Origin: Strigamia acuminata
Taxonomy: Eukaryota
Length of the DNA: 64,000 nucleotides
Direction: 5' to 3'
Assembly: GCA_949358305.1 (NCBI GenBank)
Contig: OX442314.1
Location: 32,178,001 to 32,242,000, forward strand
Made by a program: the position numbers and the translations under genes. Shown here piece by piece: positions 1-8,781 of this stretch. The notes beneath the pieces are model-generated. The model saw nothing but the letters and a program-made list of their open reading frames with translations, did no database searches and was not told the origin of the DNA. How positions within the stretch are numbered: the stretch's first letter is position 1; every line of letters starts with the position of its first letter.

Positions 1-423
1 ATTATAAATAATTCAATAAAAATCAGGGTGAACATCTTAAACTTAAGAAGTAATCTTTCCGATGACAAATATAGAGTTAGTAAACTCTTATGTTTGCCAC
101 CGGGGGATGTGTGACGGTTATAAAACCGTATAATTTCCGATTTGCCGCCAGATGGCACTATTTAACTAAAAGCGCGCATTTTCGAATGAATTGCGAGAAT
201 TATAATTAATTGTCGGAATGACGTGAATAAATATAAATTATTTATTAAACATGATAAAGTATTATTTACTTAAATATTGATTCTGCCGAATCAATATTAT
301 ATTTTATATTTACTTGTTGAAGGGGACCAATCGGACCCTTCTGGACCCAATTCCATATTAGGTCCGAACCCCGGTCTCTATTAGGTCCGGACTAGTGATC
401 CACGAATCCGTCGATCCAGGCAC

Positions 424-470
424 CTGATTGGCTGTCGCCAATCTGATTGTTCTCAGGAACTATATAAGCT
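424..470 (+). promoter_or_regulatory. LTR promoter: inverted CCAAT box plus TATA box
   Basis: ATTGG at ~427 and GAACTATATAAGCT at ~457-470; both are conserved in copy B (~13713 and ~13743). Confidence 0.6.
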
Positions 471-650
471 CTGGTTTTCTACCAGGCCCCTGGCTTGTTT
501 TCTGTATGTTTGTATGTATTGTTGGTTATCGTTTGATTTCTCTCTTTCTTAACCGACACATCAGGCCCCCTCGACTCTCATCCGACTGGATATTGTCGTT
601 GTAGCGTCATTTCGGGAAGACTAACTCCGGTTACCAAATGGTCCCGTAAC

Positions 651-1333
651 GTTAGCCAGCTGCTCTAAGGGGCAGTAGGATTTCGTACGGTGGCTTAATA
701 TAACGGTCGTATACAGTACGACCTTGCTAAATGAAAGTAGGTCCCTCAGCTAACTGGCCTCAGTCCGCTGCAGGATGGCTGTTGTAAATAGCCCTCGCAG
801 GTTCCTGTCTTTCTGCGATCGGTCCTTCCGCACGTTAAAAGTCGGTAAAGGCCTAATGCACAGGTAACACGCCGGGTTGGTAGCCCGTGAGCAATATCCG
901 TGAAGATGTTGCGTTAAATAACTACCTGGATAATGGTAATCCAACAGCAGTGGCTGATTAATATTTTACCCGGTGCTCGGTCTAATGACCCCGTCATCGT
1001 AAGGCATGCTGGCGGATGGAGGAGTCAAATCCTCCCGCGATGGTTCCCTCAACCGTCGTGACGGTCCCCGCCCCATCGTACACTCCGGGTCGGTATCCCG
1101 TGAACGGTATTACAAATACTGTGCTAAATAAAATACCCAGGTATTGGTAATCCTGTAATTGGCAAGTCCATAGGAATGTTTACTTGGTGGTTGGTACCAC
1201 CGATAGCGACTAAAAGCGTACAAACAAATACTCGGCGCCTGATCACGAGATCTTGTCGTCGTAAGGCATGCTGGCGGATGGAGCCTCAACAACTCCCGCG
1301 ACGGTCCTGTCGACTGTCGCGACTGTCCCCGCC
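651..1333 (+). ncRNA. Array of conserved structured RNA motifs within the LTR (5 GGUA/UACY pseudoknot-like units, 2 three-way junctions, several hairpins)
   Basis: Compensatory changes between units and between LTR copies; non-Watson-Crick pairs read as G-U on the + strand. Confidence 0.55.
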
Positions 1334-1942
1334 CCATTAATATTTATACAACAATTCATTTGTTGTATTCCACTAATCACTTTGTATTTATTTGACCTGG
1401 AATATTCTACAGAATATTCCTTTCCATACGAAGGACTCTTCGTATTATTAGATATTCGAGCTGCGGACCAAATACGTCTCCGTAGCGTTATTTGTGACGA
1501 TGCCGCAAAGTCAGCCGTACCCTTCGTGCATCGCCCGGATCCTCAACCAGTGTAGCCGCCGCTTACACGTATCCAGAACCCCGAACCATTTGTATTCGTA
1601 GAAACAAGCAAGTAAAACCGTAAGTTTGTATCATTTCGTTGTTTTATTCATTTAGCGCACATTTCGTAGCTTATCTCGGTTAGGTTGTTGTTAGTCTTAA
1701 CAACGTCTTGTTCCGACCGATTTATCTCTTAAAATGGCTAATAAATCAGCCAAAAGTAGAATCGTCACAAGCGTCACAGTGGTGAATGGTGAAAACAGCA
1801 GAGTCAGCAGTTGTCTCTGCTGTGGTTGGGACCGTGGCAGCTCACCCTGGCACGTCTTTACCCTCGGCTCTCTCAGCAACGTCTCTCTCTCACCACACCA
1901 CTCGGTTCCCTCTTCCGCTGCTAGGCTGGTCCACTCCTCCCC

Positions 1943-2242
1943 GGTTAGCGTCATTTTAGCGACGCTCATTTTAGCGAAAAAGTCCCATTTTAGCGAACAT
2001 GTCACTTTAGCGACACAAAAACCAAGGTTTTAGCGACGCTACACGATAAAAAAGTGGTTTTCATCAAAAAACCAGTAAGGTTAGGTTCGCGGGGGGTCAA
2101 GGGCAGCCCCCCCTTTGTTAGCCCTTCTTAGGAATTAAACCTAGGTTTTTGTGCCGCTAAAATGGGACCTTTTCGGTAAAATGAGCGTCGCTAAAATGGG
2201 ACCTTTTCGCTAAAATGAGCGTCGCTAAAATGATGGAGATCC
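1943..2242. mobile_element. GG..CC-ended MITE with subterminal TTTTAGCG repeats (Merlin-like)
   Basis: Inverted arrays CATTTTAGCGAC / GTCGCTAAAATG. Core ~2047-2144 is the reverse complement of ~47320-47421. TSD imperfect. Confidence 0.65.
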
Positions 2243-2882
2243 CTCCTCCAAGAGGGGGACGGCGTGGAGCCACCAGGCGGTGTGTGGAGTGACATAGACC
2301 ACTAGGGTGGCCAAACGGTCACAGACTCAACAATTTATTGTCCTGTGATTATGATGATGTAGGAGCCATCTGTCGTTGCAATTTTCAACAAACATCTTGC
2401 TTTTACATTTTTAGCAGACATTATAAAGTGATACATTAATATTTTATGTTAAAAATAATGTTTGAAAATTATTTATTTTACTTTCAGATATTATTTTTAA
2501 ATCACACGTTAAATTAAATTAGACTAGGTTATAATGTCAGCCAAAAATGTAAATGTCAGTTGTCCGTCATTTGCCCGCAAAAAGTTTTAACATTGTGACA
2601 ACAGATGACTCCTCCTTTCGATTTAAAAAAATGGCGGAACGAAAGTGCTATAGTTAATCGTCCTAGATACTACTGTACTTCCCATCCGCCATTTTTTTGG
2701 AATCTAAGTTGTCTCTCGCAAAAATCAAGTGCCATCTGTCGTCCCAATGCTAAAACCTTTTGCAGGCAAATGGAAAAACAAACCCCACGCCAATGATATT
2801 AACAGTCATCAAAGGACAAAGCCACACTATAGTGTCTAACAATTGAGTTGTGTTAAATGAAAAGTCCTGTAGTTGATCGTCC

Positions 2883-3187
2883 TGTCGTGTTCGTGAAGTG
2901 ATTACAACTGATTTTGACATTCGAAATAAACACCATTTATTTGCATTTGAACCGTCTTTCACTAGTATCTTTTCAGACACAATTTAATACATGTTTCGTT
3001 CGTTTTAATTTCGTTCGTTTTATCGATTCTTTTTCTTATAATGGTGTAATCTCATCGTGCTAGTGATCATTGTTTTTTTTTTGAACAAACCACAACGTTA
3101 CATTGTTATTCGCGCATACATTTTGGTAATTGACTTAATTAGATTTTACAGAAAATACACGGTGTTTTATGGATGCGAGATGCGACA
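2883..3187 (-). repeat. 3' LTR of the Mag-like element
   Basis: Identical by eye to 8014-8318; purine-rich GGGGAGC precedes it on the - strand. Confidence 0.95.
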
Positions 3188-3205
3188 GCTCCCCGGAAAT
3201 CGACG

Positions 3206-6200
3206 TTAATCTCGATTTCCCTTCTTTGTCTTGCGGCGCCAGGATGCTGTGGTGGACGCCGGGTATGGTCGGTAGGGTTTAACGCCCAAATGCCTCTTAG
3301 ATCGACGTACACCATCCTGCCACGTTGTCCCGTACTGGTCCTGCGCTTCTGGTTGCGCCGCGCTCGCGCCAGGCATCGCATCCACCGGCTGCGTTATCCT
3401 TGCTGCCAGTCGATCCAACCGCTCAAGTGTCTGTTTCGTGTTCAAGGGCGGTGCCTCGACCATCATCGACGGTGAATGAGGCAAACTTGCTTTAGATAAA
3501 ATGGTCCGGGTCACGACGATCGGGAAGTTGTCTGGCCGTTGGCGGATAAAACGTCGTCTCAAATGATTGACGTGTTTAATGTTTTCGACATCGGTCGCCA
3601 TTATTTTGATCAAATATCTGACGTCCCCCAATTTCTCAACCACGACTCCCTCCTCCCACTTCCCAAGTGGCGAAAAGGACCATACTAAATCATCTGGTTC
3701 AAATTCCCTCACAGGTTTGGTCGCTTGCATTACATGTGCATGATCCGGTCGCTGCGTGGTCAAGTGAGTCTTGACTTCCCAACTAAACATTCGCTGGGCT
3801 GGAGTTAATCCGGTATTTGCCGATGGTGTGGTATGTTGGTGAAAAAGAAAACGCATCATGCGTGCCAAAGATGTCCCCGACTCATACTTGCGCATGCCAT
3901 TTTTGAAGGTTTGCACCGCGCGTTCAACTGGCCCGTTTGATTGGGCATGGTACGGTGGTGAGAACTTCTGGCGGATGCCGTTGGCCTCATAGAATCGCCG
4001 GAGTTCATCTGACCGGAAAGGCGGGCCGTTGTCGGTGACCACCAGGTCTGGCAGCCCAAAAGTGGCAAACCAGCGCATTGCCTGCAATGTTACTGCCGTT
4101 GCGGTGGTTGTGGTCATCCTTGCGGCCTCGATCCAGTTTGTGCCGGCATCTACAAGTATCAAAAACTTTTCTTGGTCAAGATCTGCAAAGTCCAGGTGGA
4201 GTCGGCTCCAAGGGCGGACGGGCGTCGGCCACGGAACCGGCCTCTCTTTGGGTGGCAAGGCCCTGACACGCTGGCAGTTGTCGCAGCTCGCCACGTGATG
4301 CTCAGTGCTAAAGTCGATCTTGGGCCACCAATAGGTGACTCTCGCAAGGCGTTTCATTGCCACGACGCCTGGATGTCCCAAATGGAGCTGCTGAAGGGCC
4401 CGTTGACGAAGGGAAGAGGGAACTACTATTCGATGTCCCCTCAGCAGTACGCAATCCTGCACGGTCAGTTGATCGGAAATGGCCAGCAGTTTCACTACCT
4501 CGCCGTTTTCCATTTCTGTTGCGGCTCCACTTCTCAACAAGTCAATGGCCCTAGAAATTGCGATGTCACGACACGATTCGTCATTTAGCTCTGTCCATGT
4601 GATTGGTGACTCTGTCAAATTCATAAATAATAATTCTTGTCTCTCAAAAACCTCTGACGGGGCACTGGTTGCTGGTTGCAACGGCAACCTGCTCAACGCG
4701 TCCGCGTTGAGGTGCTCAACCCCTTTACGATATTCGATTTGATAATCGAAAGAACTCAGGAACAGCATCCATCGCAGCATCCTGAGTGGGACCACCTCTG
4801 GAATGGGCTTTTTGCGACCAAAAAGTCCCAACAGCGGCTTGTGGTCCGTTATAATCACGAACGAGAAACCCATCAGGTACATGATGAATCTTTTTACGCC
4901 AAAGATCACCGATAAAGCTTCTCTATCCAACTGGGAGTAGTTCCGCTCCGTTTGCGTCATGGTCCGAGAGGCGTAAGCCACTGGTCGTTCTTGGCCGTCA
5001 ACTCGATGCGCCAGGACCGCCCCAACTCCCACTGGTGACGCATCCGCTGCCAACGTGATTTGGTGCTTAGGGTTGAAAAGCATCAACAACTTGGGTGAAA
5101 CGAGTTCACTCTTGACCAAGGCAAACGCCTTGTCGTGGGCGCTGCTCCAGGTCCATGTCGCGCCCTTTTGTAGCAAGTTATACAACGGCGTCAGTGTGGT
5201 CGCCATGTTAGGCAGAAACATCGCGTAAAATGTGATGAGGCCTAAGAATGCCCTTAACTCATGCACATTTGTTGGACTTGGTGCTGCCGTTATGGCCAAC
5301 ACCTTGGTTGGTAACGGGGCAATGCCCGCACCAGATATGCGGAACCCCAAAAAGTCCAAAATTCCGACCATGAGTATGCACTTTGGCTTATTCAAGCGCA
5401 ACCCTATGTCGCGAAAACGCTGGAACACCCGCTTCAGTAATACAAGATGATCACGCTGGTTCAATGATGGCACCAACATATCATCTTGGTATGGGCGTAC
5501 CTCTTCTACTTCTCTAAACTCTTCCTCAATGGTTCTTTGGAATTCTCCTGCGGCAGTGATGATCCCGAAAGGCATGCGTGTAACGCGAAATAGGCCCATG
5601 TGTGTATTGATGGCCACCAAGTAGGACGACTCCTCGTCCAGCTCGCGCTGCTGATACGCTTGCTGGAGGTCCAGCTTGGAGAACACTACGGCATCGCCAA
5701 TCGACGCCAAGATGTCAGGTATCTTTGGCAGCGGGTACGGGTGCGGATACAATGCCAAGTTGATAGTTGACCTGTAGTCCCCGCACAACCGTACTCCGCC
5801 GTCCTTCTTGGGAACGATCACGAGGGGAGTTGCCCATCGACTGTATTTAATGGGCACTAAAATGCCCTGACGTTGCAATTCTAAGATTGCCTCTTCAACT
5901 TTGCCTCGCAATGCCATTGGCACTACTCTTGGCCTAAAAAATCTAGGTGGCACCGTAGTGTCAACTTCCAAATGGAGTGGAGGTCCTCGGTAATGGCCCA
6001 AACCAGGCAGAAAAATGTCGTTGTACTCCAATAATAATTCCTCCAAATGTTTCTGTGTGGGGGGTTTATCCTCCGTCATGTGTACGTTTGACTCCAATTG
6101 TGACGTTTGCTCACATGTTCGGCCTAATTTGTCCAACACATTCCTGCCAATCAGATTTGGCCCACCGTTTCCCACAACCAAAATCTTGGCTGGTATCGTT

Positions 6201-7963
6201 ATCTTATTGTCCGTTAAAACTACGTTAATTCGACCAAAAACATGCACCTTCTGTCCAGTGTAGGTCCTCAAGGTATCGTTGGTGGGCAATAACAACGGTG
6301 CCACGTCTCGGTCAGGCCAAATTTGGCCATATGACTCCAGTGTGATGAGAGTCTGCTCACTTCCGGTATCTACCAGCATTTTAACCGGTTGACCATCGAG
6401 GCGAACTTCAATCTCGATCGGTGGGACTTTATTGTCCCCGCTGGCGACCATAAACACGTAATAGTCGTCTTCAGGCTGTTGGTATCGTCTGCTTTGATTA
6501 ACGTGTTGTGTTTGTTGCTGCTGTTGTTGATGGTTTCCGTATTGCTGCTGTGCAAACTGTTGTCGTTCGAACTGTTGCTGGCGATGGTCCCAGGCCTGGT
6601 CAACGTTATGGTACGGTTGACCACTGTATCCACCTGGGGCTTGGCTCAGCGGTTGTTGCTGTTGATGTTGTGCTTGTTGTTGTTGCTGTTGATATCGTTG
6701 TTGTTGTTGATATTGTTGTTGTTGTTGATATTGCTGATATTGGGGCTGCTGTTGTGGAAAAAATTCCGGCCTAGCCTCAGCTATCCAGTTCACCGGTACA
6801 CGTCGTTGACTGAATGGGGTGAACTCTTCACGAGGGCGTTGTCCTCTCTCTTGTTGCTGGGCAGGGTCCGCCCTCATGCAGACCCTCGCCAGGTGTCCCA
6901 CACCTCCGCATCGGTAGCATCTTGCCTCGATGAAAGGGCACGCGAGGCCCTTGTGATCGCCACCACATCTCTTGCATTTTCCCGCAAGCTGAGCGATGGT
7001 CATCGCCGGGCGGCTCGCTGCGTTTCGCGCGCCCTGCGCAAACGGTTGTGCGCGCGATCTTCCGCGTCCAAAATTTGTAGATTGTCGATTTGCAGCACCG
7101 GCGGGTTTAAACGGTTGGTCAGGGGTCTCCACCCTGTAGACATCTGACAACCCTATAGGCTGCACTTTGTCCGACTCAAGTGGGGTCACGTTAAGCGCTG
7201 TCTCTTTCTGCTTTTTGTACACGAGCTGCCCCTGCACCGCCGCTTCGGCGGCCAACGCCAGCTTGATGGCTTTAGCCAAGTCCAACGTCTCCTCTTCTAG
7301 AAGGCGCAATCGTAATTTGTCGTTGTTTACACCAGTAATAAACTGGGTTAATATGGCCTCGTCGTTTATCTCTTTCGACACGAATTTACACAACCGTGCT
7401 TGGGCTCGCAGGTCAGCCACGAATTTTGCTATCGTCTCGCCCGGTTGACGCTTAATTGCTGCCAGTTTGAATTTTTGCACGTGCGGCCTGGTGATCGCCT
7501 GGTAGTGCTCAGTTAGTTTCGCAATTATGTCGTCCAGAGTTGCTTTCTCTATAGTTTCCGGGTAGACGAGATCTTTTATCAAACCATACATTTCTGTCCC
7601 TGCCACGGATGTGAGTAGATGTTTCTGCTCCTTGTCCTTCACATGATTAAGCACACAGAAATCTCTGAACTGGTGGATGTACTGGGCCCAAGCTTCCTCG
7701 GATTTTCCAGTAAAGGGAAGAATCGTGCCGAGTTGGTGCGGTGGTCGGTCCGTTTGAGCTTTTACCAAGGACGAGATCGCCGCTATCAAATCGGCTGTAG
7801 ATACAGACGACGACTGCGTTATCGCCGTCGTCGACGTCGTTTTTGTCGGATCCGTCATTCCGATCGCTAAAAACCAAAACACAGTGTCAGTTCCGAATAT
7901 TAAACCACAAATCAACGCCAATGATACATATCTTAACCAGCGTAGCTCATTTTGACGGCCCAT
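3206..7963 (-). CDS. Gag-Pol polyprotein (1585 aa; alternative start MTDPTK at 7858)
   Basis: Two zinc knuckles (CKRCGGDHKGLAC, CYRCGGVGHLARVC), protease LVDTGS, RT (VRLCGDYR, YQDD), RNase H (ADASPVGVGAVL, TDHKPL), integrase HHCC and D-D-E (HLDF, TDNG, VER). No stops. Confidence 0.97.
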   Translation of the reverse strand: MGRQNELRWLRYVSLALICGLIFGTDTVFWFLAIGMTDPTKTTSTTAITQSSSVSTADLIAAISSLVKAQTDRPPHQLGTILPFTGKSEEAWAQYIHQFRDFCVLNHVKDKEQKHLLTSVAGTEMYGLIKDLVYPETIEKATLDDIIAKLTEHYQAITRPHVQKFKLAAIKRQPGETIAKFVADLRAQARLCKFVSKEINDEAILTQFITGVNNDKLRLRLLEEETLDLAKAIKLALAAEAAVQGQLVYKKQKETALNVTPLESDKVQPIGLSDVYRVETPDQPFKPAGAANRQSTNFGRGRSRAQPFAQGARNAASRPAMTIAQLAGKCKRCGGDHKGLACPFIEARCYRCGGVGHLARVCMRADPAQQQERGQRPREEFTPFSQRRVPVNWIAEARPEFFPQQQPQYQQYQQQQQYQQQQRYQQQQQQAQHQQQQPLSQAPGGYSGQPYHNVDQAWDHRQQQFERQQFAQQQYGNHQQQQQQTQHVNQSRRYQQPEDDYYVFMVASGDNKVPPIEIEVRLDGQPVKMLVDTGSEQTLITLESYGQIWPDRDVAPLLLPTNDTLRTYTGQKVHVFGRINVVLTDNKITIPAKILVVGNGGPNLIGRNVLDKLGRTCEQTSQLESNVHMTEDKPPTQKHLEELLLEYNDIFLPGLGHYRGPPLHLEVDTTVPPRFFRPRVVPMALRGKVEEAILELQRQGILVPIKYSRWATPLVIVPKKDGGVRLCGDYRSTINLALYPHPYPLPKIPDILASIGDAVVFSKLDLQQAYQQRELDEESSYLVAINTHMGLFRVTRMPFGIITAAGEFQRTIEEEFREVEEVRPYQDDMLVPSLNQRDHLVLLKRVFQRFRDIGLRLNKPKCILMVGILDFLGFRISGAGIAPLPTKVLAITAAPSPTNVHELRAFLGLITFYAMFLPNMATTLTPLYNLLQKGATWTWSSAHDKAFALVKSELVSPKLLMLFNPKHQITLAADASPVGVGAVLAHRVDGQERPVAYASRTMTQTERNYSQLDREALSVIFGVKRFIMYLMGFSFVIITDHKPLLGLFGRKKPIPEVVPLRMLRWMLFLSSFDYQIEYRKGVEHLNADALSRLPLQPATSAPSEVFERQELLFMNLTESPITWTELNDESCRDIAISRAIDLLRSGAATEMENGEVVKLLAISDQLTVQDCVLLRGHRIVVPSSLRQRALQQLHLGHPGVVAMKRLARVTYWWPKIDFSTEHHVASCDNCQRVRALPPKERPVPWPTPVRPWSRLHLDFADLDQEKFLILVDAGTNWIEAARMTTTTATAVTLQAMRWFATFGLPDLVVTDNGPPFRSDELRRFYEANGIRQKFSPPYHAQSNGPVERAVQTFKNGMRKYESGTSLARMMRFLFHQHTTPSANTGLTPAQRMFSWEVKTHLTTQRPDHAHVMQATKPVREFEPDDLVWSFSPLGKWEEGVVVEKLGDVRYLIKIMATDVENIKHVNHLRRRFIRQRPDNFPIVVTRTILSKASLPHSPSMMVEAPPLNTKQTLERLDRLAARITQPVDAMPGASAAQPEAQDQYGTTWQDGVRRSKRHLGVKPYRPYPASTTASWRRKTKKGNRD

Positions 7964-8000
7964 GAGTTCGAATCCTCAATCCAATTCGTGTTGCCGTTTA

Positions 8001-8010
8001 CTCGTCGCCA
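8001..8010 (-). other. Primer-binding site TGGCGACGAG (tRNA-Ser 3' end type)
   Basis: Lies 3 nt inside the 5' LTR boundary on the - strand; a PBS type typical of Mag-clade elements. Confidence 0.85.
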
Positions 8011-8013
8011 ACT

Positions 8014-8318
8014 TGTCGTGTTCGTGAAGTGATTACAACTGATTTTGACATTCGAAATAAACACCATTTATTTGCATTTGAACCGTCTTTCACTAGTATC
8101 TTTTCAGACACAATTTAATACATGTTTCGTTCGTTTTAATTTCGTTCGTTTTATCGATTCTTTTTCTTATAATGGTGTAATCTCATCGTGCTAGTGATCA
8201 TTGTTTTTTTTTTGAACAAACCACAACGTTACATTGTTATTCGCGCATACATTTTGGTAATTGACTTAATTAGATTTTACAGAAAATACACGGTGTTTTA
8301 TGGATGCGAGATGCGACA
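8014..8318 (-). repeat. 5' LTR of the Mag-like element
   Basis: Direct repeat of 2883-3187, followed on the - strand by the PBS. Confidence 0.95.
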
Positions 8319-8474
8319 CGTCCTAAATAAGACCAAAGCCCAGACAAAACCCTACTGTCATGGTTGAATTAATTACAACAATTTATTTTATTGTTCCTTT
8401 TATTTCAGAATGCAAACCATTTTTAATCTATTCTATTTTAAAATTTCAATAACATTAGGTTTAAAGAATGAAAT

Positions 8475-8634
8475 ACTAGGTGCATTCAATAAGTTTAAAA
8501 CGTATGCAAAACTCATTTCGTGTTTGCACCTGACGTCATTCCCATTGAATAACATGTTATTCAATGGGAATGACGTCACGTGCAAACACGAAACGAGTTT
8601 TGCATACGTTTTAGACTTATTGAATGCACCTAGT
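8475..8634. mobile_element. 160-bp near-perfect palindrome (MITE-like)
   Basis: ACTAGGTGCATTCAATAAG...CTTATTGAATGCACCTAGT, no spacer, few mismatches. Confidence 0.75.
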
Positions 8635-8781
8635 GTGATGTTAATGCAAATTAATAACATGCAAGTACAGTTGCTAATGTTAATGTGCAAGATGCTACAA
8701 TTCTACAATGTTAGCAAACAATATTTATTTATTAGTTTACATTTGGGTAAATGTAGAAAATAATGTTGCTTTATTTAGCGT

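Larger units (their letters stand above)
110..1769 (+). mobile_element. ~1.66 kb LTR-like repeat, copy A (probably the 3' LTR of an element extending left of the window)
   Basis: Starts TGTGAC, ends GTCACA. Preceded by purine-rich GGGGGATG (PPT-like). Colinear with a second copy at 13390-15115, and the similarity stops at these termini. Confidence 0.8.
2883..8318 (-). mobile_element. Full-length Ty3/gypsy LTR retrotransposon, Mag-like
   Basis: 305-bp TG..CA LTRs at 2883-3187 and 8014-8318; 5-bp TSD CGTCC (2878-2882, 8319-8323); tRNA-Ser-type PBS; single gag-pol ORF with PR-RT-RH-IN order. Confidence 0.97.

Noticed and set aside
620..930. Twister, pistol or hammerhead ribozyme in the LTR
   Set aside because: Only partial motifs (TAACTCC..GGTCCC, GTTAAATA); the required partner strands and the CUGANGA/GAAA core were not found by eye.
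1005..1075. tRNA-like reading on the - strand (GGCGGGG..GGAGG..CCTCC ATCCGCCA)
   Set aside because: No D or anticodon arms; stems give A-C mismatches on - but G-U pairs on +.
6389..7147. 252-aa Leu-rich + strand ORF
   Set aside because: Antisense shadow of the poly-Gln Gag region.
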